64,000 nucleotides of DNA from Vicinamibacterales bacterium. Its GTDB lineage: Bacteria; Acidobacteriota; Vicinamibacteria; Vicinamibacterales; JAMQPK01. The translations under genes were made by a program, and so were the position numbers. The stretch is taken from NCBI GenBank assembly GCA_963850725.1, contig CAWKMQ010000018.1, positions 191,128 to 255,127 on the forward strand, given 5' to 3'. Of this stretch, positions 26,954 through 36,335 are shown piece by piece. How positions within the stretch are numbered: position 1 is the first letter of the stretch; each line of letters starts with the position of its first letter. The notes beneath the pieces are model-generated. The model made no database searches. It was not told the origin of the DNA and was given only the letters and a program-made list of their open reading frames with translations.

Positions 26954-27964
26954 ATGGGATTGATGGATTTCATCAAAGGCGAGCTCATCGAGATCGTGGA
27001 GTGGACAGACGACTCGAGAGACACACTCACGCACCGGTTTCCCGATGCCGACAAGGCCATCAAGAACGGCGCGCAGCTCATCGTGCGCGAATCGCAGTGC
27101 GCCCAGTTCGTTTACCTGGGCCAGTTCGGCGATGCGTTCGGGCCCGGCAGGCACACGCTGACGACCGACAACATCCCGGTGCTCACGAGGCTCCGATCGT
27201 GGAAGTACGGGTTCGACTCGCCGTTCAAGGCCGATGTGTACTTTTTGAACACGAGGCTCTTCACCGGGAACAAATGGGGAACGACCAATCCCGTGATGAT
27301 GCCCGACGAAGACCTCGGCGTCGTCCGCGTCAGGGCGTTCGGCACCTACGATTTCAAGATCGTCGACGTCAGGACGTTCCTTCGCGAGGTCGCCGGATCG
27401 GATCACGATTTCACCGTCGACGAGTTCATCGACGTCATGCGCTCGCGCATGGTCAGCGCGTTCAGCGACGCGGTGGCCGCCGCCAGAATTCCCGTGCTGC
27501 AGATTGCCAGCCGCTATCGCGAAATCGGAGAGGCGCTGCTGCCCGTCATCAATCCCACGATTCGCGAGAAGTACGGCCTGCAGATTTCCAGCTTCGTCGT
27601 CGAGAACGTCTCGGTGCCCGCGGAAGTCGAACAGGCGCTCGACAAGCGTTCGAGCATGGCCGCGGTGGGCAACCTCAACGATTACGTGAAATACCAGATG
27701 GCTCAGGGCATGGAGAAGGGCGGCGGTACCGCCGGCGCCGCCACCGAGCTGGCGGTGGGCCTTTCGATGGCCCAGCAGATCATCCAGGCCCAGGGCGCTC
27801 TGGGCTCGACAGATCTCATGTCGCCCGCCGACGTCGCCCGCCGCCTGAGCGTGAACGAGCCCGACGTCATCGCGCTCATCGAATCGGGCGAGCTGGCGGC
27901 CAAGAAAATCGGCTCGACCTATCGGGTCAAGCGTTCGGAGCTCGAGGCCTACCTGAGCCGATAA
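26954..27964 (+). CDS. SPFH-domain protein of the YdjI/COG4260 type with a C-terminal excisionase-type helix-turn-helix
   Basis: RBS AGGAGG with ATG at 26954, within track ORF 26621..27964. Sequence MGLMDFIKGELIEIVEWTDDSRDTL..RESQCAQFVYLGQ..VRAFGTYDFKI. The C-terminus LMSPADVARRLSVNEPDVIALIESGELAAKKIGSTYRVKRSELEAYL is HTH_17-like. Confidence 0.75.
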   Translation: MGLMDFIKGELIEIVEWTDDSRDTLTHRFPDADKAIKNGAQLIVRESQCAQFVYLGQFGDAFGPGRHTLTTDNIPVLTRLRSWKYGFDSPFKADVYFLNTRLFTGNKWGTTNPVMMPDEDLGVVRVRAFGTYDFKIVDVRTFLREVAGSDHDFTVDEFIDVMRSRMVSAFSDAVAAARIPVLQIASRYREIGEALLPVINPTIREKYGLQISSFVVENVSVPAEVEQALDKRSSMAAVGNLNDYVKYQMAQGMEKGGGTAGAATELAVGLSMAQQIIQAQGALGSTDLMSPADVARRLSVNEPDVIALIESGELAAKKIGSTYRVKRSELEAYLSR

Positions 27965-27967
27965 GTT

Positions 27968-28354
27968 TCATTTTCGGGTTCGCTTCTTGGCGATTCCGTC
28001 GAGATGCGCTTTCCGAATCTCCGTCTTTCGATCTTTCTCCTTATTTCTACATGCGCGACAGAGGACTGCTCGTGTGTTGATGTTTCCCTTGGCGACTTCG
28101 TACCACCATTTTTGCCTGTCAGCGGGCCAAACCTCTTCTTTACCGCAAGCACGACAGGTGATCGCTTTGTCTACGTAGAACCGTGGCAGAGGATCGTACG
28201 TATTGTTGTGGGCCAGTTGCGCAGGGTCGGCAGGAACCGCTCCACGCGGCAGTACGGCATCTGAATCACGAGTATCGATATGCCCCAGTTCTTTTGCTCG
28301 CTTCAGGGCGGCGTCTTTCTGACGTTCTTGTTTTCTCTTTTTGGACGCCATCAA
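27968..28354 (-). CDS. Basic zinc-ribbon protein (CxxC...CxxC), low-GC islet gene 2
   Basis: Intact 128-aa ORF. Motif YVDKAITCRACGKEEVWPADRQKWWYEVAKGNINTRAVLCRACR with K/R-rich termini. The local G+C is clearly below the flanks. Confidence 0.6.
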   Translation of the reverse strand: MMASKKRKQERQKDAALKRAKELGHIDTRDSDAVLPRGAVPADPAQLAHNNTYDPLPRFYVDKAITCRACGKEEVWPADRQKWWYEVAKGNINTRAVLCRACRNKEKDRKTEIRKAHLDGIAKKRTRK

Positions 28355-28761
28355 CCGTTGTAAAAATAAACCACCATCATGTTGGTTTTCTTGTTGATTC
28401 CTACCGCCCTATAGGAGTCGGAGTTCCCGCTATATCCCTCACTCAACTCGTCCTCCGCAAATCGGCAATACGTTTTTCCTCCGGTGGCCACACCATGAAA
28501 AGCGTTTAAATTTGAAACCAGATTCCATTTTGCAACCAGTCTTCTCTTCAGCTCATCATCTACCGGTGAAATTTCCCAGCACCGCCACGGATCGTTTCCC
28601 CAATTCCCGTCCATCTTGACAATCTCCACGTTGGAGGGAAGTGGTATTCGCATGAATGTTTCAAAGTCTGATGATGGTGAGTTACATCCAGTCAGTAACG
28701 AAGATCCTGATAGGAACAAAAGAAGTATCCGTGATAATCCAAGCCCAGAGCGCATGCTCAC
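28351..28761 (-). CDS. Lipoprotein of unknown function, low-GC islet gene 1
   Basis: Intact 136-aa ORF with lipobox LLTGC after a signal peptide. Its stop overlaps the start of the downstream zinc-ribbon gene (ATGA at 28351-28354). Confidence 0.6.
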   Translation of the reverse strand: MSMRSGLGLSRILLLFLSGSSLLTGCNSPSSDFETFMRIPLPSNVEIVKMDGNWGNDPWRCWEISPVDDELKRRLVAKWNLVSNLNAFHGVATGGKTYCRFAEDELSEGYSGNSDSYRAVGINKKTNMMVVYFYNG

Positions 28762-28851
28762 CTCGCCTTGTGTGGGCCATTCTGCGCGCGCGCTCCGTGC
28801 CTAATCAAGCGGCTAAATCCGCCTCATTCTGTCGTAAGCTAGCCGTCTCAT

Positions 28852-30402
28852 ATGTCGCGCATTCTTCTCGGCAAGGGCGACGAGCCCGTCTATCTCCAGG
28901 CACAATACGGTAACCGTCACGGCCTGATTGCCGGTGCCACCGGCACCGGGAAGACCGTCTCGCTGATGGTCATGGCCGAGGGGTTTTCGCGCCTCGGCGT
29001 GCCGGTGTTCATGCCCGACATCAAGGGCGACGTCGCGGGACTCGCCATGCCGGGCAAGGGCGGCGACAAGATTCAACAGCGAGCCACGCAGGTCGGCGTC
29101 GAAGCCTACGCCCCCGAGGCGAATCCGGTCGTGTTGTGGGATCTGTACGGGACTTCCGGGCATCCGGTCCGGACGACCGTCAGCGAGCTGGGGCCGACGT
29201 TGCTCGGCCGGATTCTGGAACTGAGCCCGGCACAGGTCGGCGCGCTCGAGATTGCGTTCAAGCTGGCGGACGACCGCGGATTGCTGTTGCTCGATCTCGA
29301 CGATCTGCGTGCGCTGCTCACCTTCGTTGCTGACAACCGCAAAGAGATCTCCTCGAGCTACGGACTCGTGAGCACCCAATCGGTGGCCGCCATCCAGCGG
29401 TCGCTGCTGTCGCTCGAGCGCGAGGGGGCGACGTCGCTCTTCGGCGAGCCGGCGCTGGAGCTGGTCGATCTGTTTCGCACCGATCTGAGCGGCCGCGGCA
29501 TCATCAATGTCCTCGCCGCCGATCAGCTGATCCTCAAGCCGCGCCTGTTCTCGAGCTTCCTGCTGTGGCTGCTGTCGGAGCTGTTCGAGAATCTTCCCGA
29601 AGTCGGCGATCTCGAGAAGCCCAAGCTGGTGTTCATCTTCGACGAGGCGCACCTGCTCTTCGACGACGCGCCCGAAGCGCTGCGCGATCGCGTGGAGCAG
29701 GTGGTGCGCATCATCCGATCGAAGGGCGTCGGCGTGTATTTCTGCTCGCAGTTTCCCGACGATGTGCCCGACGAAATTCTCGGACAGCTGGGCAACCGCG
29801 TGCAGCACGCGCTGCGGGCGTTCACGCCGCGCGACCAGAAGGCGGTGCGCACGGCGGCCGAGACATTCGTGCCGAATCCGAAGCTGGACGTGGCCCAGGT
29901 GATTTCCACGCTTGGTGTGGGCGAGGCGCTCGTGTCGACGCTGCAGGACAACGGCGTGCCGATGCCGGTGCAGCGCACGATGATGGCGCCGCCGCGAAGC
30001 CGCATCGGGGCGATTACCGCCGAAGAGCGCGCGACGGTGCGCGCGCGCAGTCCCATCGGGCCGAAGTACGACAAGGCGGTCAACCGTGAGTCGGCCTATG
30101 AGATGCTGAAAGCCGGAATGGGTGCGTCAGGTGCGGGAGGCCTGTCGCGCCGAAGCTCGTCGGAACCGGATCGAGCGAAGCCGGATTCGACAGGTGCGGG
30201 AGGTGCGTCAGGTGCGGGGGGTGCGACAGCTACGTCGGGTGTGGGCGGGGCGATAAACGATTTTCTCTGGGGCACCAAGCGGCGTCAGGGGATGGTGGAG
30301 ACGATGGCGAAGCAGACTGCGCGCACAGTGGGCGGCCAACTGGGCAGGCAGATCCTTCGCGGCATGTTCGGTGGCATTCTCGGGGGACGACAGTCGCGCT
30401 GA
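28852..30402 (+). CDS. HerA-like P-loop ATPase, DUF853 (YjgR-like) family
   Basis: Intact 516-aa ORF. Walker A GATGTGKT and Walker B-like LVFIFDEAHLLF. Gly-rich C-terminal tail ..GAGGASGAGGATATSGVGG..ILGGRQSR. The antisense ORF 28813..29808 is a shadow. Confidence 0.8.
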   Translation: MSRILLGKGDEPVYLQAQYGNRHGLIAGATGTGKTVSLMVMAEGFSRLGVPVFMPDIKGDVAGLAMPGKGGDKIQQRATQVGVEAYAPEANPVVLWDLYGTSGHPVRTTVSELGPTLLGRILELSPAQVGALEIAFKLADDRGLLLLDLDDLRALLTFVADNRKEISSSYGLVSTQSVAAIQRSLLSLEREGATSLFGEPALELVDLFRTDLSGRGIINVLAADQLILKPRLFSSFLLWLLSELFENLPEVGDLEKPKLVFIFDEAHLLFDDAPEALRDRVEQVVRIIRSKGVGVYFCSQFPDDVPDEILGQLGNRVQHALRAFTPRDQKAVRTAAETFVPNPKLDVAQVISTLGVGEALVSTLQDNGVPMPVQRTMMAPPRSRIGAITAEERATVRARSPIGPKYDKAVNRESAYEMLKAGMGASGAGGLSRRSSSEPDRAKPDSTGAGGASGAGGATATSGVGGAINDFLWGTKRRQGMVETMAKQTARTVGGQLGRQILRGMFGGILGGRQSR

Positions 30403-30418
30403 CGCGCGCGAGGTTGCG

Positions 30419-30928
30419 ATGATGTTCGACGAGCTGGAAACCGATCGGCTGAAGCTGCGCATGTGGCGTGAGAGCGATCTCGACGCATACGCCGACATGT
30501 GCGCCGATCCGCTCGTCATGCGCTATCTCGGCCCCGGAAAGGTGATGACCCGCCCGGAATCCTGGCGCAGCATGGCGGTGTTCATCGGCCACTGGCACAT
30601 GAGGGGCTACAGCCACTGGGCGGTCGAAGAGAAGGCGACGCAGAAGATGATCGGGCGCATCGGGTTCCTCAACCCGGAAGGATGGCCGGGCTTCGAGATC
30701 GGCTGGACGCTCGCGCGCCACGCGTGGGGCAAAGGCTACGCGACCGAAGGTGCGAAGGTCGCCCTCCAGTATGCGTTCAAGGAACTGGATCAGCGCCACG
30801 TCATCAGCCTGATTCATCCGTGCAACGTGGCATCGATGAAAGTGGCCGAGCGCATCGGCGAGAAGTTCGAGCGCAAGACCAGACTGTTCGAGTGGGATGT
30901 GCTGGTGTACGGAATAGACCGCCCATGA
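30419..30928 (+). CDS. GNAT family N-acetyltransferase (RimJ/RimL-like)
   Basis: In-frame ATG within track ORF 30371..30928. Sequence TDRLKLRMWRESDLDAY..HWAVEEKATQKMIGRIGF..GWTLARHAWGKGYATEGAKVAL. Confidence 0.85.
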   Translation: MMFDELETDRLKLRMWRESDLDAYADMCADPLVMRYLGPGKVMTRPESWRSMAVFIGHWHMRGYSHWAVEEKATQKMIGRIGFLNPEGWPGFEIGWTLARHAWGKGYATEGAKVALQYAFKELDQRHVISLIHPCNVASMKVAERIGEKFERKTRLFEWDVLVYGIDRP

Positions 30929-31009
30929 TCGACTGCGAGTGAGGAGCCGCGTCTGCGCGCATCTGCCCTTCAGCTTTACCATCAGTTTCCGAAGAAATTC
31001 TGGATTGTC

Positions 31010-32213
31010 GTGGGCGTCCACTTCGTCGACAAGATCGGCGCCACGATCATGTTTCCCTTCTTCGCGCTGTACATCACGCGGAAGTTCCACGTCGGCATGA
31101 CCGAGGCCGGCGTCCTGCTCGGCTTGCTCTCGCTGGCGGGCATGGTCGGATCGGTCATTGGCGGGGCGCTGACCGACCGCCTCGGGCGGCGCAAGCTGAT
31201 TCTCTTCGGCCTCGTGACGAGCGCGCTGAGCGCGCTGACGCTGGGCTCGGTCAACCGATTCGCGTGGCTGTTTCCCGTGGCCACGCTCGTCGGCCTCTTC
31301 TCCGAAGTCGGCGGGCCGGCGCATGCCGCGATGATTGCCGACATCCTGTCGAAGGAACAGCGCCAGGAAGGCTTCGGTGTTTTGCGCGTGGTCGGCAACA
31401 TGGCCTGGCTGGTCGGGCCGACGATCGGCGGCTTCGTGGCACGCACGTCGTTTTTCGCGCTGTTCGTCATCGATGCCTCGATCAGCTGCGTCGTGGCCGT
31501 GCTCTTCTATCTCTTCATGTCCGAAACGAAGCCCGCAGCGCACGAGCAGCACGAAGAGGAGGGGTTTCTCCAGACATTCCGCAATTACCGCCTCGTGTTA
31601 CGCGACAGGCCGTTTGTCGCGTTCGTGGTTGCCGCGGTGCTCATGGGGACGGTATACATTCAGATGTACAACTCGCTCTCGGTGTACTTGCGGGACAACC
31701 ACGGCATCGAGCCTCAGGGCTACGGATTTCTCCTGACGTCGAGTGCCATCACCGTGATTTGTTTTCAGATCTGGACGATGCGCGTCATCAAGACGCAGGC
31801 CGCAGTTTCTGATGATGGCATTCGGCACCCTCTTCTATCTCGTCGGGTTCGGGATGTTCGGCATGGTGTCGGCCTACTGGCTGTTCGTGGCCGCCGTGGT
31901 CATCATCACGATCGGCGAGATGATCGTCATGCCGACGAGCCAGGCCATCGCCGCCGGTTTTGCCCGGATGGACATGCGCGGACGGTATATGGCCGTATTC
32001 GGTCTGTCGATCAGCGTGCCGGCGGCCGTGGGGCCGGTTGCGGCCGGGCTGGTCCTCGACAACTACAGCCCGAACCTTCTCTGGCACCTCAGCGCGTTGT
32101 TCTGTGCGGTTTCGGCGATCAGCTTTTACGCGCTTCACGTGCGGCTCGGCGCCGAGAGCCGGTTCGCGCCGGGACCGGCGCCCGTCGACGCCACACGCTT
32201 CGCGACGGACTGA
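31010..32213 (+). pseudogene. MFS transporter, one frame change; 5' end uncertain
   Basis: Frame 2 (track ORF 31010..) carries TM helices up to about 31800, then frame 3 (ORF 31812..32213). The upstream in-frame sequence ..LYHQFPKKFWIVVG lacks an ATG/GTG, so the true start is probably near 30939-31010 behind another indel. Confidence 0.75.
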
Positions 32214-32653
32214 TGCTGCGAGTGTTTCTGGTCATCGTGCTCGCGCTGACACCGCTTGCCGGTGCGCAAACGGGTGTCAGCTTGCCCAGGGGCGTCAAGA
32301 GCGTGGCCTTCGGGACGGCGCATCGCTATTTCGGTCCCGGCAAGGAGATGTGCGTCATCGTGTATCCGCTGCCGAGCGCGATGTTCGAGCGAGGCGTGAC
32401 CGAGCTGACCTACGCGGTCGAGCTCGAGCCCCGGACCGTCAAGCAGGCCTCGGCGCAAGTGGTCGGCGATTCGCCTCAGCAACTGCGCTCGACTCCGTGC
32501 AACGTGTTCACACCGGTCCCCGGCGGGTTCAGCCAGACGCAAATCGGCAATACGATCTCGCGGTCCGACAAGAAACCGCTCGCCCCGGGTCAGTACAAAC
32601 TGCGCATCGTCGTCGATGGCCAGACGGCCGATGTGCCCTTCAGTATCAAATAA
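32213..32653 (+). CDS. Small secreted hypothetical protein
   Basis: ATG overlaps the MFS stop (TGATG). Signal peptide MLRVFLVIVLALTPLAGAQ. It is the tail of track ORF 31010..32653. Confidence 0.5.
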   Translation: MLRVFLVIVLALTPLAGAQTGVSLPRGVKSVAFGTAHRYFGPGKEMCVIVYPLPSAMFERGVTELTYAVELEPRTVKQASAQVVGDSPQQLRSTPCNVFTPVPGGFSQTQIGNTISRSDKKPLAPGQYKLRIVVDGQTADVPFSIK

Positions 32654-32663
32654 CGGTGTACAC

Positions 32664-33425
32664 ATGTCGGCGAAATTGCACCCGACCCCTCTTAAGGGTA
32701 TGAGTCCTCGCGCCATCCTGCTCGATCTCGACGACACGATTCTCGACGACAGCAGCCTCGTGCACGAGTGCTGGCGCGAGGCGTGTGCGGGTCAGGCGCA
32801 TCGATTTGCGCCCCTCGATCAGGAGGTCATCGTCGACGCCATCCGCACCGCGTCGCGCTGGTACTGGGGCGATGCCGACCGGCATCGTACCGGGCGCCTC
32901 GAGCTCGAAGCCGCGCGGCGCGAGGTCGTCAGCATCGCGTTGACGGAGCTCGGCATCGACGATGCGTCTCTTGCCGCCGCGATCGGCGATGCGTACAGCC
33001 ATCGGCGCGACGCCGGCATGGAGCCGCTGCCCGAGGCGATCGACACGGTCCGGTGGCTTCGCGATTCGGGACGCCGGCTGGCGCTCCTGACCAACGGCGC
33101 CGGACCGGCCCAGCGAAAGAAGGTCGTTCGATTCGGGCTGGCCGATTTCTTCGACGTCATTCTCATCGAAGGGGAGATGGGATTCGGCAAGCCGGATGAG
33201 CGCGTGTACCAACGGGCCCTGACGGCGCTCGACGTACCGCCGTCCGATGCCTGGATGGTCGGCGACAACCTCGAATGGGACGTCGCCGCACCGCAGAAAC
33301 TGGGCATTTCGGGCATCTGGATCGATCTCCGCGGCCGCGGCGTGCCGCAGGACTCCACGGTTCGGCCCGATCACGTGGTGAAGGGCCTTTCAGACGTGCG
33401 TTCGTTGATCGCGCGGGGCGTTTGA
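32664..33425 (+). CDS. HAD family hydrolase
   Basis: Motif I LLDLDDTI, motif II LLTNG, and motifs III/IV GFGKPDERVY..VGDNLEWDV. Start is ATG 32664 or 32700, within track ORF 32616..33425. Confidence 0.8.
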   Translation: MSAKLHPTPLKGMSPRAILLDLDDTILDDSSLVHECWREACAGQAHRFAPLDQEVIVDAIRTASRWYWGDADRHRTGRLELEAARREVVSIALTELGIDDASLAAAIGDAYSHRRDAGMEPLPEAIDTVRWLRDSGRRLALLTNGAGPAQRKKVVRFGLADFFDVILIEGEMGFGKPDERVYQRALTALDVPPSDAWMVGDNLEWDVAAPQKLGISGIWIDLRGRGVPQDSTVRPDHVVKGLSDVRSLIARGV

Positions 33426-33456
33426 GGTAACGTCCGCCGAGTTCCCTGGAGCGAGA

Positions 33457-33946
33457 GTGACGACGAAGAAGGTCCGGTGCATCGGGTGTGGCGCGCTCGT
33501 GGCGGAAGGAGACGGTCCTGCCCATCGCTACATCGGGGCGTCGCCGGGCTGCTGGGCCCTCTACGGCGAAGTGCTCGCGCGCGAATACACCGACCCGCGT
33601 TACGGGGCCGCCCACCAACTGACGGTCGATGCCTATGCCGCTCAGCATCCGGGCACGCCGTCGCCACAGGCGATTCAATCGGTGACCGTGCACCTGGTCG
33701 GCCTCTACATCGTTTTCGAGCTCGCGTCGAACGCCGCAGGAGGCGCGCAAGACGATCCAGCGCGCCGTGCAGCACAAGAAGGACTTCGTCTGGCTCGATC
33801 CGCCGGAGTCGCTCGGGGCGATGACGATCCTCGATATCCACGCAGCCAGGGATCACAGCGAGCACACCACACGCGTGCGCGAGTGGGCGATGAGCGTCTG
33901 GAGGGCGTGGGAACCGCATCACCCGATGATCCGCCGCTGGGCGTAG
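33457..33946 (+). pseudogene. DUF5946-like protein (N-terminal CxxC), one frame change
   Basis: The frame of ORF 33457.. (..RCIGCGALV..HRYIGASPGCWALYGEVLAREY..LTVDAYAAQHPG..) joins a third frame near 33725 (..QEARKTIQRAVQHKKDFVWLDPPESLG..WRAWEPHHPMIRRWA). Stop at 33944-33946. Confidence 0.5.
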
Positions 33947-33951
33947 TGGTC

Positions 33952-33983
33952 GGGAAGGGTTCCTCCCGACCCCTTCCCTTTTT
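33952..33983 (+). terminator. Rho-independent terminator
   Basis: Stem GGGAAGGG (33952-33959) / CCCTTCCC (33971-33978), 11-nt loop, then TTTTT (33979-33983). An alternative overlapping stem is GTCGGGA/TCCCGAC. Confidence 0.6.
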
Positions 33984-34014
33984 CCTGTAGCATAGGCGCC
34001 ATCAGGAGCTACAT

Positions 34015-36212
34015 ATGAACCGTACCAGGGCTTCTATTCTTGCCGGATCGGCTGTCTTCATCGGGTTCACGATCGCCGCGACGGGCCGCCAGCAGCAGCC
34101 GGCAGCCGGTGGCGGCATATTCACGGCGGCGCAGGCACAGGCCGGACAGGCCTCATACGCACAGCAGTGCGCGGGGTGCCACGGTCAGGACTATCGCGGG
34201 TCCGCCGACGCACCAGCGCTCGAGGGTCCGGATTTCCGCGCCAAGTGGGGACCGCGCGCGGCGAACGAGTTGTTCACCTTGCTCGTTCAGACGATGCCGC
34301 CGACCAATCCAGGCGCGCTCGGGCGAAGAGGGAACGCTTGCCATGACGGCGTTTCTCCTTCAACTCAACGGTGCGCCCGCGGGCGCGCAACCGTTGACGC
34401 CGCGAAGCGGCAATCAGATCAGCACGCTGTTGACCGGCCCGGCAGGCGCTCCCGCCGCAGGCGGGCGGGCGGCGGACGCGGCGGACGCGGTGCGCAGCCG
34501 CGGCGCCGATGGTCGTCGGCGCGGGGACGGCGGCTCGCGGTGGCCGCGAGGGATCGCCGAACATGGGCGTCACTGTGCCCGGCGAAGTGAGGAACTACGT
34601 GCCGGTGACGCCGGAGATGCTCAAGAACCCGCCTCCCGGAGACTGGCTCATTTTCCGCCGCAACTACTACGGACACAGCCACAGTCCGCTGAATCAGATC
34701 ACGCCCACCAACGTGAAGAACCTTCAGTTGCAGTGGGTGTGGGCGATGAACGATTCCGGGCGCAAACCAGACCACGCCGATCGTGCACAACGGCATCATC
34801 TATCTGGCGACGCCGAGCAACATCGTTCAGGCGCTGGATGCCAAAACGGGCAGCCTGATTTGGGAAACACGCGCCGGCCCGGACCAGGCGCCTGGCTACG
34901 GCGGCATCCGCAGCATCGCGATTGCCGACGACAAGATCTTCCTGCCGGCGAGCAACGCCACCATGGTGGCGTTCAGCGCGCGCAACGGTGAGATCCTGTG
35001 GTCGACGCCGGCGGCGCCGGAGACGCAGCGCGTCAACACCAGCGGCGCGGTGGTCATCGGCGACAAGGTGCTTCAGGGCCTGACGGGATGCACGCGCTTC
35101 GATGGCGTCGGGTGCTTCATCAGCGCGTACGACACCAAGACGGGCAAGCAGGCGTGGCGCTTCTACACCGTGCCGAGGCAGGGCGAGCCGGGCAGCGAGA
35201 CTTGGGGCAACCTGCCGATGAGCTTTCGCGGCGGCGGCGACACCTGGATTGCCGGCAGCTACGATCCGGATCTCAACCTGACCTACTGGGGCGTGTCGCA
35301 GGCGAAGCCGTGGAACTTCCTGAGCCGCAAGCTCACGCTGCTCGACAAGACGCTCTACGCCAACTCCACGGTCGCGCTCAACCCCGATACCGGCAAGCTC
35401 GCGTGGTACTTCCAGCACGCTCCGGCCGAGTCGTTCGATCTCGACGAGGTGTTCGAGCGCATCCTGGTGGACATCGGCAATCAGAAAGTGTCGTTCAGCG
35501 CTGGAAAGGCCGGCGTGCTGTGGAAGATCGATCGGCGCACGGGCCAGTACATCGCGCATAAGGAGATGGTCTACCAGAACGTCTGGGATCGCATCGATCC
35601 GAAGACCGGTGTGCCGAGCTATCGTCCCGACATCCTGGAGATGTCGCTCGACAAGCCCATCTTCATCTGTCCGAGCACGGCCGGCGGCAAGAACTGGCAG
35701 GCGATGACCTACTACCAGCCGGGCGGGCTGATCATCGCGCCGCTGAGCCAGTCGTGCATGGACTTCACGGCGAGAAACGTCACGATGACCGAAAACGGCG
35801 GCGGCTCGGGTGCCGATCGCGCGTTCAAGCACTCGCCGAACAGCAAAGAGCAGACGGGCAAGCTCGGGCGCGTACGACGTGCGGACGATGGAGGAAGTCT
35901 GGAAGTTCGAGCAGCGCGCGCCGTTCCTGACGGCCGCCCTCTCGACCGCGGGCGGCGCTCGTGTTCATCGGCGATCTCGATCGGTACGTGCGTGCGCTCG
36001 ATGCCAAGAACGGGCAGGTGCTCTGGCAGACGAGGCTCGGGACGTCGGCGCAGGGGTATCCGGTGAGCTTCAGCGTCGACGGCCGTCAATACATCGCCGT
36101 CATGTCGGGGCTTGGCGGTGGCAGCCCGCGCAACGTGCCGGCCGCGATCGTGCCGGACATCAAGATTCCGCAGAGCGGCCAGGCGTTGTACGTGTTCGCG
36201 TTGCCGCAGTAA
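34015..36212 (+). pseudogene. Quinohaemoprotein-like PQQ-dependent dehydrogenase with an N-terminal cytochrome c domain, at least 6 frame changes
   Basis: Signal peptide, then CAGCH at 34168-34182. The propeller is reconstructed from ORFs 34509, 34783, 35810 and 35961 (..[84 protein letters not shown]..). Confidence 0.8.
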
Positions 36213-36257
36213 GCCACGCGATGTAGACGAAATTCGCCACTGCAGGTGCTAACGAGA

Positions 36258-36277
36258 GCAGATGGCAGATGGCAAAG
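36258..36277. repeat. Short word array, core ATGGCAG
   Basis: gcagatggcagatggcaaag. The same word occurs at 49833..49870. Confidence 0.5.
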
Positions 36278-36286
36278 TTCGCCGTC

Positions 36287-36323
36287 GTAGGGCGGGTCTT
36301 CTGTGGACCCGCCCTACTTTTTT
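36287..36323 (+). terminator. Rho-independent terminator abutting the next gene's RBS
   Basis: Perfect 12-bp stem GTAGGGCGGGTC (36287-36298) / GACCCGCCCTAC (36306-36317), 7-nt loop, then T6 (36318-36323). AGGAGG follows at 36325-36330 and ATG at 36336. Confidence 0.8.
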
Positions 36324-36335
36324 CAGGAGGACCTC

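Noticed and set aside
30090-30290. GAGG/ASGAGG repeats near the end of the DUF853 gene as a separate repeat feature
   Set aside because: They are in frame and consistent with a Gly-rich disordered C-terminal linker of the ATPase. They are not an independent DNA element.
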